Origin: Thermofilaceae archaeon
Lineage (GTDB): Archaea; Thermoproteota; Thermoprotei; Thermofilales; Thermofilaceae
DNA: 64,000 nt
Direction of reading: 5' to 3'
Assembly (NCBI GenBank): GCA_038861545.1
Contig: JAWCCZ010000001.1
Coordinates: 288,001-352,000, forward strand
Shown here: positions 31,425-41,015 of the stretch, piece by piece
Numbering within the stretch: the first letter of the stretch is position 1
Layout: the number at the start of each line of letters is the position of its first letter
Notes under the pieces: model-generated
Seen by the model: only the letters and a program-made list of their open reading frames with translations
What the model was told of the DNA's origin: nothing
The model's database searches: none
Position numbers and translations under genes: made by a program

Positions 31425-32276
31425 TTGAGTAGCCAGAGTTTAGGAAAAGAGGAGGTTTATCTAGTATCGAATTCATTTTCCATACCTATGTGCCCAACTG
31501 GGCATGTAGAGCAAAGCGGGGAAGGTTACGATCCTGTAGAGCTTGTAGAAGGTTTGAGGAGGGTGGTATGTCACGGCCTTAAAAGGAAGTACTATAGGTT
31601 CCGCGGCGGCCGATGGTACGGCGGTATTGCTACAGCCGACTGTATAGGCTGTAATCTTCGCTGCGTGTTCTGCTGGGGTTGGTCTGCCCGAGACGCTCCT
31701 GGGGAAGTGGGTAGGTTCTACAGTCCCAAAGAAGTTTTCGAGAACCTTAAACGCATAGCTGAGCGCAGAGGCTATAGCAGAGTGAGGATCAGCGGTAATG
31801 AGCCTACGCTATACTGGGAACACTTACTGAAGGTTATCGAGTTAATCGATGAGGCTAAACTGATGTTTATCCTGGAGACTAATGGGATTCTAATAGGCGG
31901 TAACAAAAGCTACGCAAGGGATCTCTCCGAGTTTTCTAGCGTCCACGTAAGAGTATCGATAAAGGGAACCAGTTCGGAGGAGTTTCACCTCCTTACTGGA
32001 GCAAAACCGGAAGCTTTCGAGCTGCAGCTGAAAGCCTTAGAAAACCTTCTCGATTATGGCGTGTCCGCTCATCCAGCAGTAATGCTGTCTTTTTCGAAAG
32101 CTAGAGACGTTGAACGTCTGAAGGAGAGACTCGCAGATATAGACGAAGTCCTAATCTCGGAGTTCGAGGAAGAGTACGTATTCCTATACCCGCATGTAGT
32201 TAGACAGCTAAGGAAGGCGGGAGTTTGGCCTAAAGTAGCCTATTACCCGGAAAACATTCCCGAAGAGCTAGTGTAA
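31425..32276 (+). CDS. Radical SAM protein (uncharacterised archaeal family)
   Basis: GCNLRCVFC (CxxxCxxC), RISGNEP, LETNG. The start is probably about 31488. Confidence 0.85.
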   Translation: MSSQSLGKEEVYLVSNSFSIPMCPTGHVEQSGEGYDPVELVEGLRRVVCHGLKRKYYRFRGGRWYGGIATADCIGCNLRCVFCWGWSARDAPGEVGRFYSPKEVFENLKRIAERRGYSRVRISGNEPTLYWEHLLKVIELIDEAKLMFILETNGILIGGNKSYARDLSEFSSVHVRVSIKGTSSEEFHLLTGAKPEAFELQLKALENLLDYGVSAHPAVMLSFSKARDVERLKERLADIDEVLISEFEEEYVFLYPHVVRQLRKAGVWPKVAYYPENIPEELV

Positions 32277-32296
32277 GAAATCTCTAGGAAGGAAAA

Positions 32297-33964
32297 TCAG
32301 TAAAGCCTGCCTGTCTTCCTTCCTAGTTCTAGAATTGAAGCCGAGCTGAAGAACCGTGAGTACACTCTGGCTAGGTTAGCGGGTTTACGCTCGCTCAGCC
32401 AGAGATCCGCATAGAGGCTAGCCAGACCTATGAAATCAGCTGTTGTGGCTTTCCCCTCAACCTTCCTTAACCCTATCTCAAGGCAACGGCGGATGAATCC
32501 CAAGTCAGGCGGCAGGTTGATGCCGCGAGCCTGCTCAAGCGCTTTTTCCCATTCGTTGAAGATTCCAAGATTTTTAATCTCTTCACTCGGCGAGAACAAC
32601 ACTCTCTTGATATAATTAGCTACGGATCCCTTCCCGAATGCCTTTCTAACTTCTAACACCTCCCTCGGCTCACCACTGAGTGCCAGCCACTTTTCCTCCC
32701 AACTCCCTTCACCTTCTGCGTACTCCATTGAAGCTAATATCAGCGGGAAGAGGAATGAGTAGAGGCATTCTTCACCGTCGTCGCCCCAGGCAGTTACCAT
32801 AAAGCCTTTAACCTCTTCTTCCCTAGCAGCTGCAAGGAAGTTACGGACGTTAGTTAAAGCCGTGTCGAAATCGGGGTAATATTTGTTCCAATTCCATAGA
32901 CCTGGGCAAGCGATTTGCTCGTACCCTTTCTCTTTGAATAATCTTAGCCTTTCCTTAAAGTACTCGACTGTGCCAGCGGTGTAATCCCAATTTGAAATCA
33001 ACGCGTCCTTCCATGCTCGGTTCTCAAGAATTTCTTTCCATAGGCTGCTCTCCTCTTCTCTCAAATACATGCCGGCGATCATGTCTCCCCATATTAGTGG
33101 AATTTTCTCTTTTTCCCGAACCATCTGGATAAGCTTTGAGTGGTGGTCAGCGTAGAGGCGCGGGCCCTCGAATTTCAGCGTTTTGTCAAGGCTCCTACCT
33201 CTCCCTAAAGCCCAGGTCTCATCTCCTCCTATGTGGACGTACTTTGACTCGGTTTTCTCCAAAGCTTCCGCTAGCAGGTCCTCTGCAAACCTCCTAGCTT
33301 CCGGATCACTTGCGTTAAGGCAGCCCTCTTCTGCCCTATGCCACTCGCTGAACCGCCAGTATTTAGGCAGAGTAAGTATCCATTCCATGTGTCCACAAAG
33401 CTCAAGTGAGGGGAAGACCTCGATGCCCAGTTTCTTCCCGTACTCCGTAATCTCTTTCCACTCTTCGTTAGTATATCTACCCCTTTTAGCTCCGATGTCG
33501 GGGTACTTGTCCCAGGGGAATAGATCCTCAACGTATATTGCAAAGTAATTATACTTAAGAAGGAAAAGCCAGCGTAGAAGTTTTTTCAGTTCCTCAACTG
33601 TAGCTACACCGCCCCGGGCAACATCTAAGTGAAAACCCCTAAAACCGAAGCGGAGTCTCTCATTCACTTCAACATCCGGGATATGACGGCAACCGCCCTG
33701 TAGAACAAGCTGAATTAATGATGCCTGCCAAACGGCTGCATCCCCCCATGCTTCAACATACCCTTTTCTTACGTTAATTCCACACCCTTTTCTTTCAATA
33801 ACTTTAACTTCCCATGAACCGCTTGGGATTTTGAATTCCTTTAACAAAAAGTCATCTATGTTGGAGAATCCATCGAATTCAAGCCATTTACCTCTAAACT
33901 CCAACTTTACCGGTTCGGGCACTATAACCGGCTTCATCATCTTAATTACGGCAGGGTCGTACAA
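32297..33964 (-). CDS. GH20 beta-N-acetylhexosaminidase
   Basis: RGFHLDVARG, GHME, HIGGDE, WGDM, TAWGDDG. Confidence 0.88.
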   Translation of the reverse strand: MYDPAVIKMMKPVIVPEPVKLEFRGKWLEFDGFSNIDDFLLKEFKIPSGSWEVKVIERKGCGINVRKGYVEAWGDAAVWQASLIQLVLQGGCRHIPDVEVNERLRFGFRGFHLDVARGGVATVEELKKLLRWLFLLKYNYFAIYVEDLFPWDKYPDIGAKRGRYTNEEWKEITEYGKKLGIEVFPSLELCGHMEWILTLPKYWRFSEWHRAEEGCLNASDPEARRFAEDLLAEALEKTESKYVHIGGDETWALGRGRSLDKTLKFEGPRLYADHHSKLIQMVREKEKIPLIWGDMIAGMYLREEESSLWKEILENRAWKDALISNWDYTAGTVEYFKERLRLFKEKGYEQIACPGLWNWNKYYPDFDTALTNVRNFLAAAREEEVKGFMVTAWGDDGEECLYSFLFPLILASMEYAEGEGSWEEKWLALSGEPREVLEVRKAFGKGSVANYIKRVLFSPSEEIKNLGIFNEWEKALEQARGINLPPDLGFIRRCLEIGLRKVEGKATTADFIGLASLYADLWLSERKPANLARVYSRFFSSASILELGRKTGRLY

Positions 33965-34035
33965 AACTATTACCTTTATTCCATAGATTCAGCGCTTTAC
34001 TGCAGCAATCTTATAAGGACGGTACAACAGATTTC

Positions 34036-35493
34036 GTGATGCACCAGATAGTTAGTAGGCGCTGTTCAACTTCGGTTATGATTGCCGTGTTTACGTTAAC
34101 AAGCTTGCTTGCACTACCTTTCACCCTAATGCTTCCTGCAACCGCTCAACCTACGAGGTACACTTACTATGGAAAAGTACCTGAACGTTTATGGAGTTAC
34201 GCCTATACAACAAGCGGCGGTTGGCAGCTCCTCAACGGTCCCGCCTCGTTTTTCTTGCTAGCCATCGGTGCGATCGAACCGGATACGAGCATAGAAGTTA
34301 TGGATCTTAAGACAAAGCAAAGAGTTTTCCAGTACTCATTTAAAGAGTTCGAGAAGCAATACGTGATTTTAAGCAATGGCACGCTTTTCAAAGTTTCATC
34401 TAATAAACCGGTTAGCATGCTACTACTCAACCTTCAAAATCCACCCAATGCGACTACAGGCCCAGTTCCCCATGCGTTCTATCCAGCCGTCGACGGCTCA
34501 TATGTAGGTAAACACTTCGTCCTCCTCGTATCCTCGGATTTAAACCCATGGTACACAATTTTCGCGCTGGAAGATTCGGAAGTAACAGTAGCTAGAGAAG
34601 ACGGAAGCGATAAACAGACGTTCAAGTTGAAAGCAAATGAGTACAAGCGTATTCTACTCCGCTCCTGGTATATGTACGAGGTAACCTCCACGGGCTACAT
34701 CATGGTACAGTGTGGCGACCCGCACGGTTACTGGGATCCGCATGATAGCTATGCGATGCCGTCAGCTAACGGCGGCTTTCTTGGAACAGATTTCTTCTCA
34801 TACTCTGCTATGCAATGGGATCCCATGGAAGATGTAGGTTTCCGGGTATTCGCCTTAGAACCAACTAAAGTAACGGTATATGATTTGGAGAAGAAGACTG
34901 TGCTAATGGAGTTTGAAATGGACGCCTTCAACACCCACAGGTTCCAAGCCACAACCCAAGCAGTAAGAGTGAGCAGTAGCAAACCGGTTCAAGTTATGCT
35001 AATCCACGACGGTGACACGACCAAAATGGCCGGAAGGCAGGCTAACAGGGAGAACGCTTACGGCGCTGGCATAGTCATCTACAGTGTACCAGCAGGGCGA
35101 AAATCTGCAGCTTATCTACCGGTTAATTCCACGGGCGAAATTATAATTTATGCTTCCGAGGAGACTATCCTAACGATAGACGAAATCACGACGGTTAAAC
35201 TGAAGCCCGATGAATTCTACGTCTTGACACAGCCGGGCTTGCACAGCATATTTACTGATAAAAACGTTATAGTGCAAGTCAACCACTGGCCGAAATACCC
35301 GGAGTTCCAAGGGTTATGGGTTTCGGGAACTGTGATACCGGCGATTGAAACAGCGGGCTTGGTCAGCGAAATAGAGTTAAAGGAAATAGCAGGCTTCGCC
35401 ATCGATATAGAGTTAATCGCTGCTGTAGTCGCCATATTAGGCGCAATAGCTGGGTTACTGCTTATTAGGAGAAGGAAAAGCAAAGCTGTTTAA
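34036..35493 (+). CDS. Surface protein with IgGFc-binding-like beta repeats and a C-terminal TM anchor
   Basis: Signal peptide; four repeats of the form A.E.(T/S).V.V...(V/I)xSxKPV; TM followed by RRRK. Confidence 0.6.
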   Translation: MMHQIVSRRCSTSVMIAVFTLTSLLALPFTLMLPATAQPTRYTYYGKVPERLWSYAYTTSGGWQLLNGPASFFLLAIGAIEPDTSIEVMDLKTKQRVFQYSFKEFEKQYVILSNGTLFKVSSNKPVSMLLLNLQNPPNATTGPVPHAFYPAVDGSYVGKHFVLLVSSDLNPWYTIFALEDSEVTVAREDGSDKQTFKLKANEYKRILLRSWYMYEVTSTGYIMVQCGDPHGYWDPHDSYAMPSANGGFLGTDFFSYSAMQWDPMEDVGFRVFALEPTKVTVYDLEKKTVLMEFEMDAFNTHRFQATTQAVRVSSSKPVQVMLIHDGDTTKMAGRQANRENAYGAGIVIYSVPAGRKSAAYLPVNSTGEIIIYASEETILTIDEITTVKLKPDEFYVLTQPGLHSIFTDKNVIVQVNHWPKYPEFQGLWVSGTVIPAIETAGLVSEIELKEIAGFAIDIELIAAVVAILGAIAGLLLIRRRKSKAV

Positions 35494-35534
35494 TTTTCAG
35501 GTGGATATTTAATTAAAATTTCGGTACTATTTTC

Positions 35535-36203
35535 TTATATTTTAGCAGTAGCCCAGAGAATACCGCCGATGAGATGTTTCTGGAACCACTCTTGCCTCCA
35601 GAGCCATGTAAAGTGCCCGAAAGCTGTGTAGAAAACCCTACCGCTCCCATAATTATGGCACCAGGCCAGTGCGTAATCGTTGTCAGGGCGTGTACCCTTA
35701 CTTAGATCTACGGAGGAGTTATCAAGGCTAACCAACACGTGGGTGCGCTCTCTACTCCATTCCTTGAAAGTGTAGACTTCCTCAAGAACCTCGAAGCTAG
35801 ATGGTAAGTGCCTCGTGGAAGGATGGCTTGGGTCCTCCACTTTAATTTTGACAGGTTGGGTCCATGGGTGGGCTAGGAAGTAACCTCCAATCATCTCACC
35901 GTACTCTTTAAAATTATAAAAAGTATCGGCAGCGTTGTGTACGCCAATGAAAGCCCCCCCGTTCTTAACATAGTCGATCAAGGCCAGCTTCTGCTCTTCA
36001 GCCAGCGGTAACTCGCCGCTGGTAAGGAAGATTAAAGCAGCGTAGTCTTCGAGTTTCTGGGGATCGAAATCCGAGGGCTCTTCGGTCGCTAACGCTTCAA
36101 ATTCACGGCTTCTTTCTCCCAACTTGACGAGGATTTCGATAGCTGTTGGTATATAACTGTGCCGGAAACCCGCTGAGTACACGAAAATCAATACTCTTTT
36201 CAT
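35535..36203 (-). CDS. ThuA-domain protein (trehalose utilisation / class I GATase-like fold)
   Basis: GFRH.YIP, GGAFIGVH.A.D, GGYF..HP, EEVY, GRVFYTAFGH. Confidence 0.88.
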   Translation of the reverse strand: MKRVLIFVYSAGFRHSYIPTAIEILVKLGERSREFEALATEEPSDFDPQKLEDYAALIFLTSGELPLAEEQKLALIDYVKNGGAFIGVHNAADTFYNFKEYGEMIGGYFLAHPWTQPVKIKVEDPSHPSTRHLPSSFEVLEEVYTFKEWSRERTHVLVSLDNSSVDLSKGTRPDNDYALAWCHNYGSGRVFYTAFGHFTWLWRQEWFQKHLIGGILWATAKI

Positions 36204-36237
36204 GCTTCTTTTGGGATTCCGTTCAGGTATAAATCAG

Positions 36238-36801
36238 TTATCCGAGGGGCTTCTTCAGCTCATATGCTTTCCAACCAAGTTTTTCCCTGAATCTATTAAT
36301 CAGCTGGATGGACTTCTCCTTCTCCTCCTTAGGCATCTTGCTTGACTTCAGTACGCCCATGAATAAGGCGTAAAGCCTAGAGTTAATCGTGGCTTTAGAG
36401 ATGCCGTAACCCAGATCTTCCTCAAGCTCCTTAAGTATATCAGCAACCTCATCCGAGTTCGTTAACCCCTTCGACCCTATATCCTTCACCTCTCTGCCCA
36501 AGTAAAGGTACCCTTTCTCGATAACTACGGCTTTCCCGTCTTCAAAAGTAATCCTACTTTTTGCGACTCTGTCATAAAAGGCCCAAGACTCGTACGCCTG
36601 AGGCGCCATTTCTTTTAGCTTAGCAAGTACAATACGTCGGATCTCGTCAGTCGATATACATTCAAATGCTCTTTGCTCGACTTCTTTCGCTATTTCCTGA
36701 GAGATTTCAGGAGGAGCACCCGCGTTCAAGCACGACTCGTAGATCTTTTGAGGATTAAAGTCCTCAACCGCGCCGGACCTTTTCCTTACTTTTCTACTCA
36801 C
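36238..36801 (-). CDS. ATP-cone domain protein with an unknown C-terminal domain
   Basis: VRKRSGAVEDFNPQKI...ISTDEIR ATP-cone signature. Confidence 0.8.
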   Translation of the reverse strand: MSRKVRKRSGAVEDFNPQKIYESCLNAGAPPEISQEIAKEVEQRAFECISTDEIRRIVLAKLKEMAPQAYESWAFYDRVAKSRITFEDGKAVVIEKGYLYLGREVKDIGSKGLTNSDEVADILKELEEDLGYGISKATINSRLYALFMGVLKSSKMPKEEKEKSIQLINRFREKLGWKAYELKKPLG

Positions 36802-36831
36802 ATGTATCCGACCTATACTTTCGAATAAATG

Positions 36832-37566
36832 TTATGCAGAGAGGCATTCGTAGACTTTATCCTCAAGCGATTGGAACTGCGACGATCGCCTATCCCGTGG
36901 TCGCGGGATCTGAACTTCAATTATCCTAGCTATTTTAGCCGGTCGCGGTGTCAATATAACAAGCTTATCCGCCATGAATATCGCCTCATCTACACTATGA
37001 GTGACCATGATTACCGCTTTTACGGTGGTTACTCCGAGAGACCATAGGTCTAAAACCTCGGATCTTAGCGATTCAGCAGTTAATGGATCAAGGTTTGAGA
37101 ACGGTTCGTCCATCAACAGTATCGCTGGTTCAATTGCTAAAGCCCTGGCAATATTTACTCTCTGCCTCATTCCGCCGCTGAGCTCCCTTGGATAAAAATC
37201 CTCAAACCCCTGAAGGCCAACGAGCGCCAGGTACTTGCGGGCTTTCTCCCTTGCCTCATTCCATTTAATCCCGCTAGCCCTTAACGGTAAGGCAACATTA
37301 TCTAGTATGGTAGTCCAGGGAAGTAGAGTGGGGAATTGAAACACAAAACCGACTTTCATGTTTTTCTCATGAAGCACTACTTTCCCACTATCAGGTTTCT
37401 CGACGCCGGCTATTATCCTCAAAAGGGTAGTTTTACCACAACCCGAGGGTCCAAGGATTGCAATAAATTCGCTCTCAATGTCTAAGCTTACACCGTCGAG
37501 GACTCTGACCTGCCTGCTATCCTCTTGGAAAGTTTTAACCACCTCTACCAGTGAGAGCAAAGGCAT
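36832..37566 (-). CDS. ABC transporter ATP-binding protein (NitT/TauT type)
   Basis: GPSGCGKT, LSGGMRQR, LLMDEPF, VTHS.DEA. Start set at ATG 37566. Confidence 0.92.
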   Translation of the reverse strand: MPLLSLVEVVKTFQEDSRQVRVLDGVSLDIESEFIAILGPSGCGKTTLLRIIAGVEKPDSGKVVLHEKNMKVGFVFQFPTLLPWTTILDNVALPLRASGIKWNEAREKARKYLALVGLQGFEDFYPRELSGGMRQRVNIARALAIEPAILLMDEPFSNLDPLTAESLRSEVLDLWSLGVTTVKAVIMVTHSVDEAIFMADKLVILTPRPAKIARIIEVQIPRPRDRRSSQFQSLEDKVYECLSA

Positions 37567-37567
37567 G

Positions 37568-39091
37568 TTACTCACCTCCACCGTATCTCTTTTCAACGTA
37601 CTGGAAAAACCTTGCCCAAATGGTCTTATTGATAACTACTATCAGCAAAGACATTGTAAGAGCATTAAGCAGTAAACCTTCAATATCTCCTCTTGCTACC
37701 TGCTTATTGAGCAGGGATCCCGCACCTCCAAGGTCAATCCTAACGTGGTCTAATTCTGCATACTCGGCCACAATTATAGAGTTCCACGCGCCACCCCAGG
37801 TGCTTAAAGCTCCAGCAGCCAGCGAGGGTAGTATCGAGGGTAGGAACATCGAGTGCACGTACAAGAGACCTCGAAGGTCGTATATGTCAGCCATTTCTTC
37901 AAGGTCCCTGCGTATACCACCCAGCCCGTAAATTAAAACGTTAAAGTAAAGGTACCACAGAGAACCCTGCAGCATTACCACTGTGGCCACAACGTATGGT
38001 CCAAGAGCATGACTTATCGCAATAGCCGATAAGAGCGGCCACCATATTACCGCCGGTATAGAAGCTAGTATTTCCCCTATTAGAACGATACCTTTTCCAG
38101 CTACAACGTGCCTGTGAGAAACGTAGGCTAACGCGACGACTAGGATGAAACTTAACAGAAGGATGAACGTCACGCGTAGAGTGCTCACAGGTAAAACACC
38201 CAGTATAGCGATCGCGTTTGAGGTTAATTTATCGAGTGTGAGAAGCTTAACAGAAGCCGCGCGAGCTAGCAGCGTTATTGCCATGATAAAAAAAGTAATC
38301 GCTGCGAGCGCCTTAGCCGCCGTTTTAGGCATCCGAATGTATTTTTCGATACTCAGAGTTAGATCTTCTAACTTCATCCATAACCTGTTAACTACGTAGG
38401 TAGCGATTGAGTAAGTAGCAAGAATTCCAGGAAGTTGCCGTTTCGAAGCTACGGTATAAGCGGGATTCCAGATGAGGAAGTAGGTTGCACTAATCACGAG
38501 TAGCAACGCAGCTACACCTGAATAAAAGCTAGCATAATCGCCCGCCTCGTACATTTCGATAACGAAGGTCCCTAGACCTTTAAGCCTGTATTCAGCAGTG
38601 CCGAGGGATATCAGTTCCGAGGACGTAAGGAAAAACCAACCATTAGACCAAGATACAAGGCTGTTAGCCACAAGCGCGTTACTTGCAGCCGGAACGTATA
38701 TATGGAAAAACCTTGCAGAAGCACGGAACCTGAATACATCAGCTAAATCGAAAAAAGTGGGATTCATAGTTTTAACTGACGTGTAGACCCCAAATATCAT
38801 ATTCCAGAGGAGGCTGGTCATAATGAGGAAAATAGCCGCCACTTCGGGTCCGATACTGCCGGGGAACATGGTGACGAAGAAGGAGAGAGCCGCCGGGAAA
38901 AAGCCCAGGATAGGTATCGATTGGAGGATATCCAGAACCGGTAGTAGAAAGTGTTCGAGCAACTTACTCCTAGCCATAGCCACACCGATGAGCAAAGCTA
39001 CTACAAGCGATGCGACATAAGCAGTGAACATCCTAGCTATGCTTGCCGCAGCGCATTCTAAAAGATAGAAAATAGGGATCATAGCAACCAC
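37568..39091 (-). CDS. ABC transporter permease with duplicated BPD_transp_1 domains (NitT/TauT type)
   Basis: PVLDILQSIPILGF, WNM.FG, SWSNGWFFL..SE, WGGAWN.II.AE. Confidence 0.88.
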   Translation of the reverse strand: MVAMIPIFYLLECAAASIARMFTAYVASLVVALLIGVAMARSKLLEHFLLPVLDILQSIPILGFFPAALSFFVTMFPGSIGPEVAAIFLIMTSLLWNMIFGVYTSVKTMNPTFFDLADVFRFRASARFFHIYVPAASNALVANSLVSWSNGWFFLTSSELISLGTAEYRLKGLGTFVIEMYEAGDYASFYSGVAALLLVISATYFLIWNPAYTVASKRQLPGILATYSIATYVVNRLWMKLEDLTLSIEKYIRMPKTAAKALAAITFFIMAITLLARAASVKLLTLDKLTSNAIAILGVLPVSTLRVTFILLLSFILVVALAYVSHRHVVAGKGIVLIGEILASIPAVIWWPLLSAIAISHALGPYVVATVVMLQGSLWYLYFNVLIYGLGGIRRDLEEMADIYDLRGLLYVHSMFLPSILPSLAAGALSTWGGAWNSIIVAEYAELDHVRIDLGGAGSLLNKQVARGDIEGLLLNALTMSLLIVVINKTIWARFFQYVEKRYGGGE

Positions 39092-39147
39092 CGCTAGCCC
39101 CTACCAGAAAACCTTAAGAATATTGCTACTTAATACTACAAAATAGG

Positions 39148-39654
39148 GTGAGAGGTAAGTTGGACCAAAGCGATGATAGTAGGAAGCGGCTCATCCTTCC
39201 ACCTGATGTAACGGTTGATCACGTGCTGGGTCTCGTAGAGCTGCTAAATAGCCTAGGTAATAAAACAGACTCGATGTACATTGGCGATGCGATAAACGAG
39301 AACATAGGTATACTGCCTCATGCGATCGACGTAGCGGAAGTGTTAGGCCTGGTTGAGTCACGCGGAGGCGACTTGACATTAACGGAGCTTGGCAGACGTG
39401 TAGTCAAAGGAAACCCTAAAGCCGTGAAAAACCTTTTGAAGAAAGAAGTTCGGAAACTCGAACCCATCGCCGAGCTTATGTCTAGGTTAAAGGAAAGCGG
39501 TAAAATTACTGTGGAGGAATTCGACGAGCTGATTATGAAACACTATCCCGGCAACTTCGAGATGGCTAAGCATAACGTGCTCCAGTGGGGGGCTTTCCTA
39601 AACCTCTTTAAAATGAGCGAAGACGACACGGAGATAGTCCTTCTATACAAGTAA
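39148..39654 (+). CDS. Stand-alone AAA-associated (AAA_assoc_C-like) domain protein
   Basis: LP.V....VLGLVELL, AE.LGL....GD..LT..G, ..WG. This resembles the C-terminal extension of NitT/TauT ATPases. Confidence 0.65.
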   Translation: MRGKLDQSDDSRKRLILPPDVTVDHVLGLVELLNSLGNKTDSMYIGDAINENIGILPHAIDVAEVLGLVESRGGDLTLTELGRRVVKGNPKAVKNLLKKEVRKLEPIAELMSRLKESGKITVEEFDELIMKHYPGNFEMAKHNVLQWGAFLNLFKMSEDDTEIVLLYK

Positions 39655-39674
39655 CTGTTTAGCTACACGATTAA

Positions 39675-39724
39675 CTAGCTAATAGCTAGCATAACATGCA
39701 GCTGAGGTATACTATTCAGCTGCA
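39675..39724. other. Two tandem inverted repeats (possible terminator or RNA stems)
   Basis: CTAGCT-AAT-AGCTAG and TGCAGCTGA-N10-TCAGCTGCA just downstream of the 39148 gene. Confidence 0.4.
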
Positions 39725-40007
39725 GCGAAGTTCTAATAACGCACCAGTATTGTAGGATTGCTCCTGTACATCAAAAATTGCTTTATAATATTCTTAGGTT
39801 ATTTTTATCTTGAACTAAGAAACTAAGCATAATTTCAGAAATAATATAATTACTTTCATTTTAACAAGGGATTTGTAGTCTTTACGAACGCTGAAAAGTT
39901 AAAGGAAAACTGGTTATGGCGGATTAAACTAAAAAGTGTTATAATGCTCAAGTAATGGGTAAGAAAAACCTTTATATAAAGTAGCCTAGACTAAAAAAGA
40001 GGAGGGA

Positions 40008-40397
40008 ATGCTGAGTGAAACAGGTATTGAAGAAGAATTGGCTAAATTATTCACATCCTTAGGCTATTCATTTACAAAAGAAGGAGTTTCGGAGGGTGCG
40101 AGCGGATACAAGCACCTTTTTGATTTCCTGTTGCAGAAAGGAAACCAAACAATATATCTCGACTTTGCTTCCGATGTTTCCTCGCTGATAGCTTCTCTCG
40201 CCAAGTCCATCGATATAAAAGGTAACAAAATTATAATAGCTGTCAAGAAGCATGAGGCTCTTACGGAGTTTCTTCTAGTTACTAGAAAAGCTGAACTATT
40301 AACTTCTCAACCCAAGATAAGAGAGCCGATTGTAATCATGTACGAAAACGCAGATGAACTACTAAATAAGCTAAGGTTTTTACTGAGTCAGTTATAG
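40008..40397 (+). CDS. Small hypothetical protein, PD-(D/E)XK/restriction-endonuclease-like fold
   Basis: EGASGYKHLFDF motif; clear TATA (TTTATATA) and GAGGAGG upstream. Confidence 0.55.
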   Translation: MLSETGIEEELAKLFTSLGYSFTKEGVSEGASGYKHLFDFLLQKGNQTIYLDFASDVSSLIASLAKSIDIKGNKIIIAVKKHEALTEFLLVTRKAELLTSQPKIREPIVIMYENADELLNKLRFLLSQL

Positions 40398-40970
40398 GAA
40401 AGCATTAAATAGGGAGAGTAGGCCTAAAGCTATGAATACTACGCCTGCCGCGCCTTCTATTTTATAGGCTGGCAAACTCCTTTTCAGGATTGTTCCTAGG
40501 TAAGTTGCCGTACCCATAAGCATCACTGCAGCTAATACTACTCCCACCACCACTTCTAGTAAAGCCCCTGTCGAAGTAGCTACAGCTAAAGTCGCTAGGT
40601 TTGTCTTGTCCCCTAGCTCTAGAAGGAATATTGTTGAAAAAGTACTTAAGAAACCGCCTTTGCTGCAACCTCTCCATCGTTCTCCACGCTTAACTAGCGT
40701 GGCGACCCCGGCAGCCAGAAAAATTACTCCCGCCAGCAACGCCGCGACTCGTGGTTGGAAGTACTCGTAGATTAAAATTCCAGCGGGGATCGCTAGCAGA
40801 TTTGCGAGCATGAAGCCTAACATACTTCCAATGAAGCAGTGGATAAAGTTGTTCTTTGTGGAAAGCGCCAATGTGGCCACCTGTGTTTTATCTCCAAGCT
40901 CTGCAATAAGCAAGGTGACAAAGGTCGTCAGTGTCGCTGCAACGTCGAATTCCATCGCGGCAGTTTGCAT
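40392..40970 (-). CDS. TMEM165/GDT1 (UPF0016) Ca/Mn transporter
   Basis: Two ELGDKT motifs. Start trimmed because the ORF-track start abuts the divergent gene. Confidence 0.9.
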   Translation of the reverse strand: MQTAAMEFDVAATLTTFVTLLIAELGDKTQVATLALSTKNNFIHCFIGSMLGFMLANLLAIPAGILIYEYFQPRVAALLAGVIFLAAGVATLVKRGERWRGCSKGGFLSTFSTIFLLELGDKTNLATLAVATSTGALLEVVVGVVLAAVMLMGTATYLGTILKRSLPAYKIEGAAGVVFIALGLLSLFNAFL

Positions 40971-41015
40971 GCTAGCCCTTAAATACCTCACCTCTATAAC
41001 CAGCCGGGGAACCAA

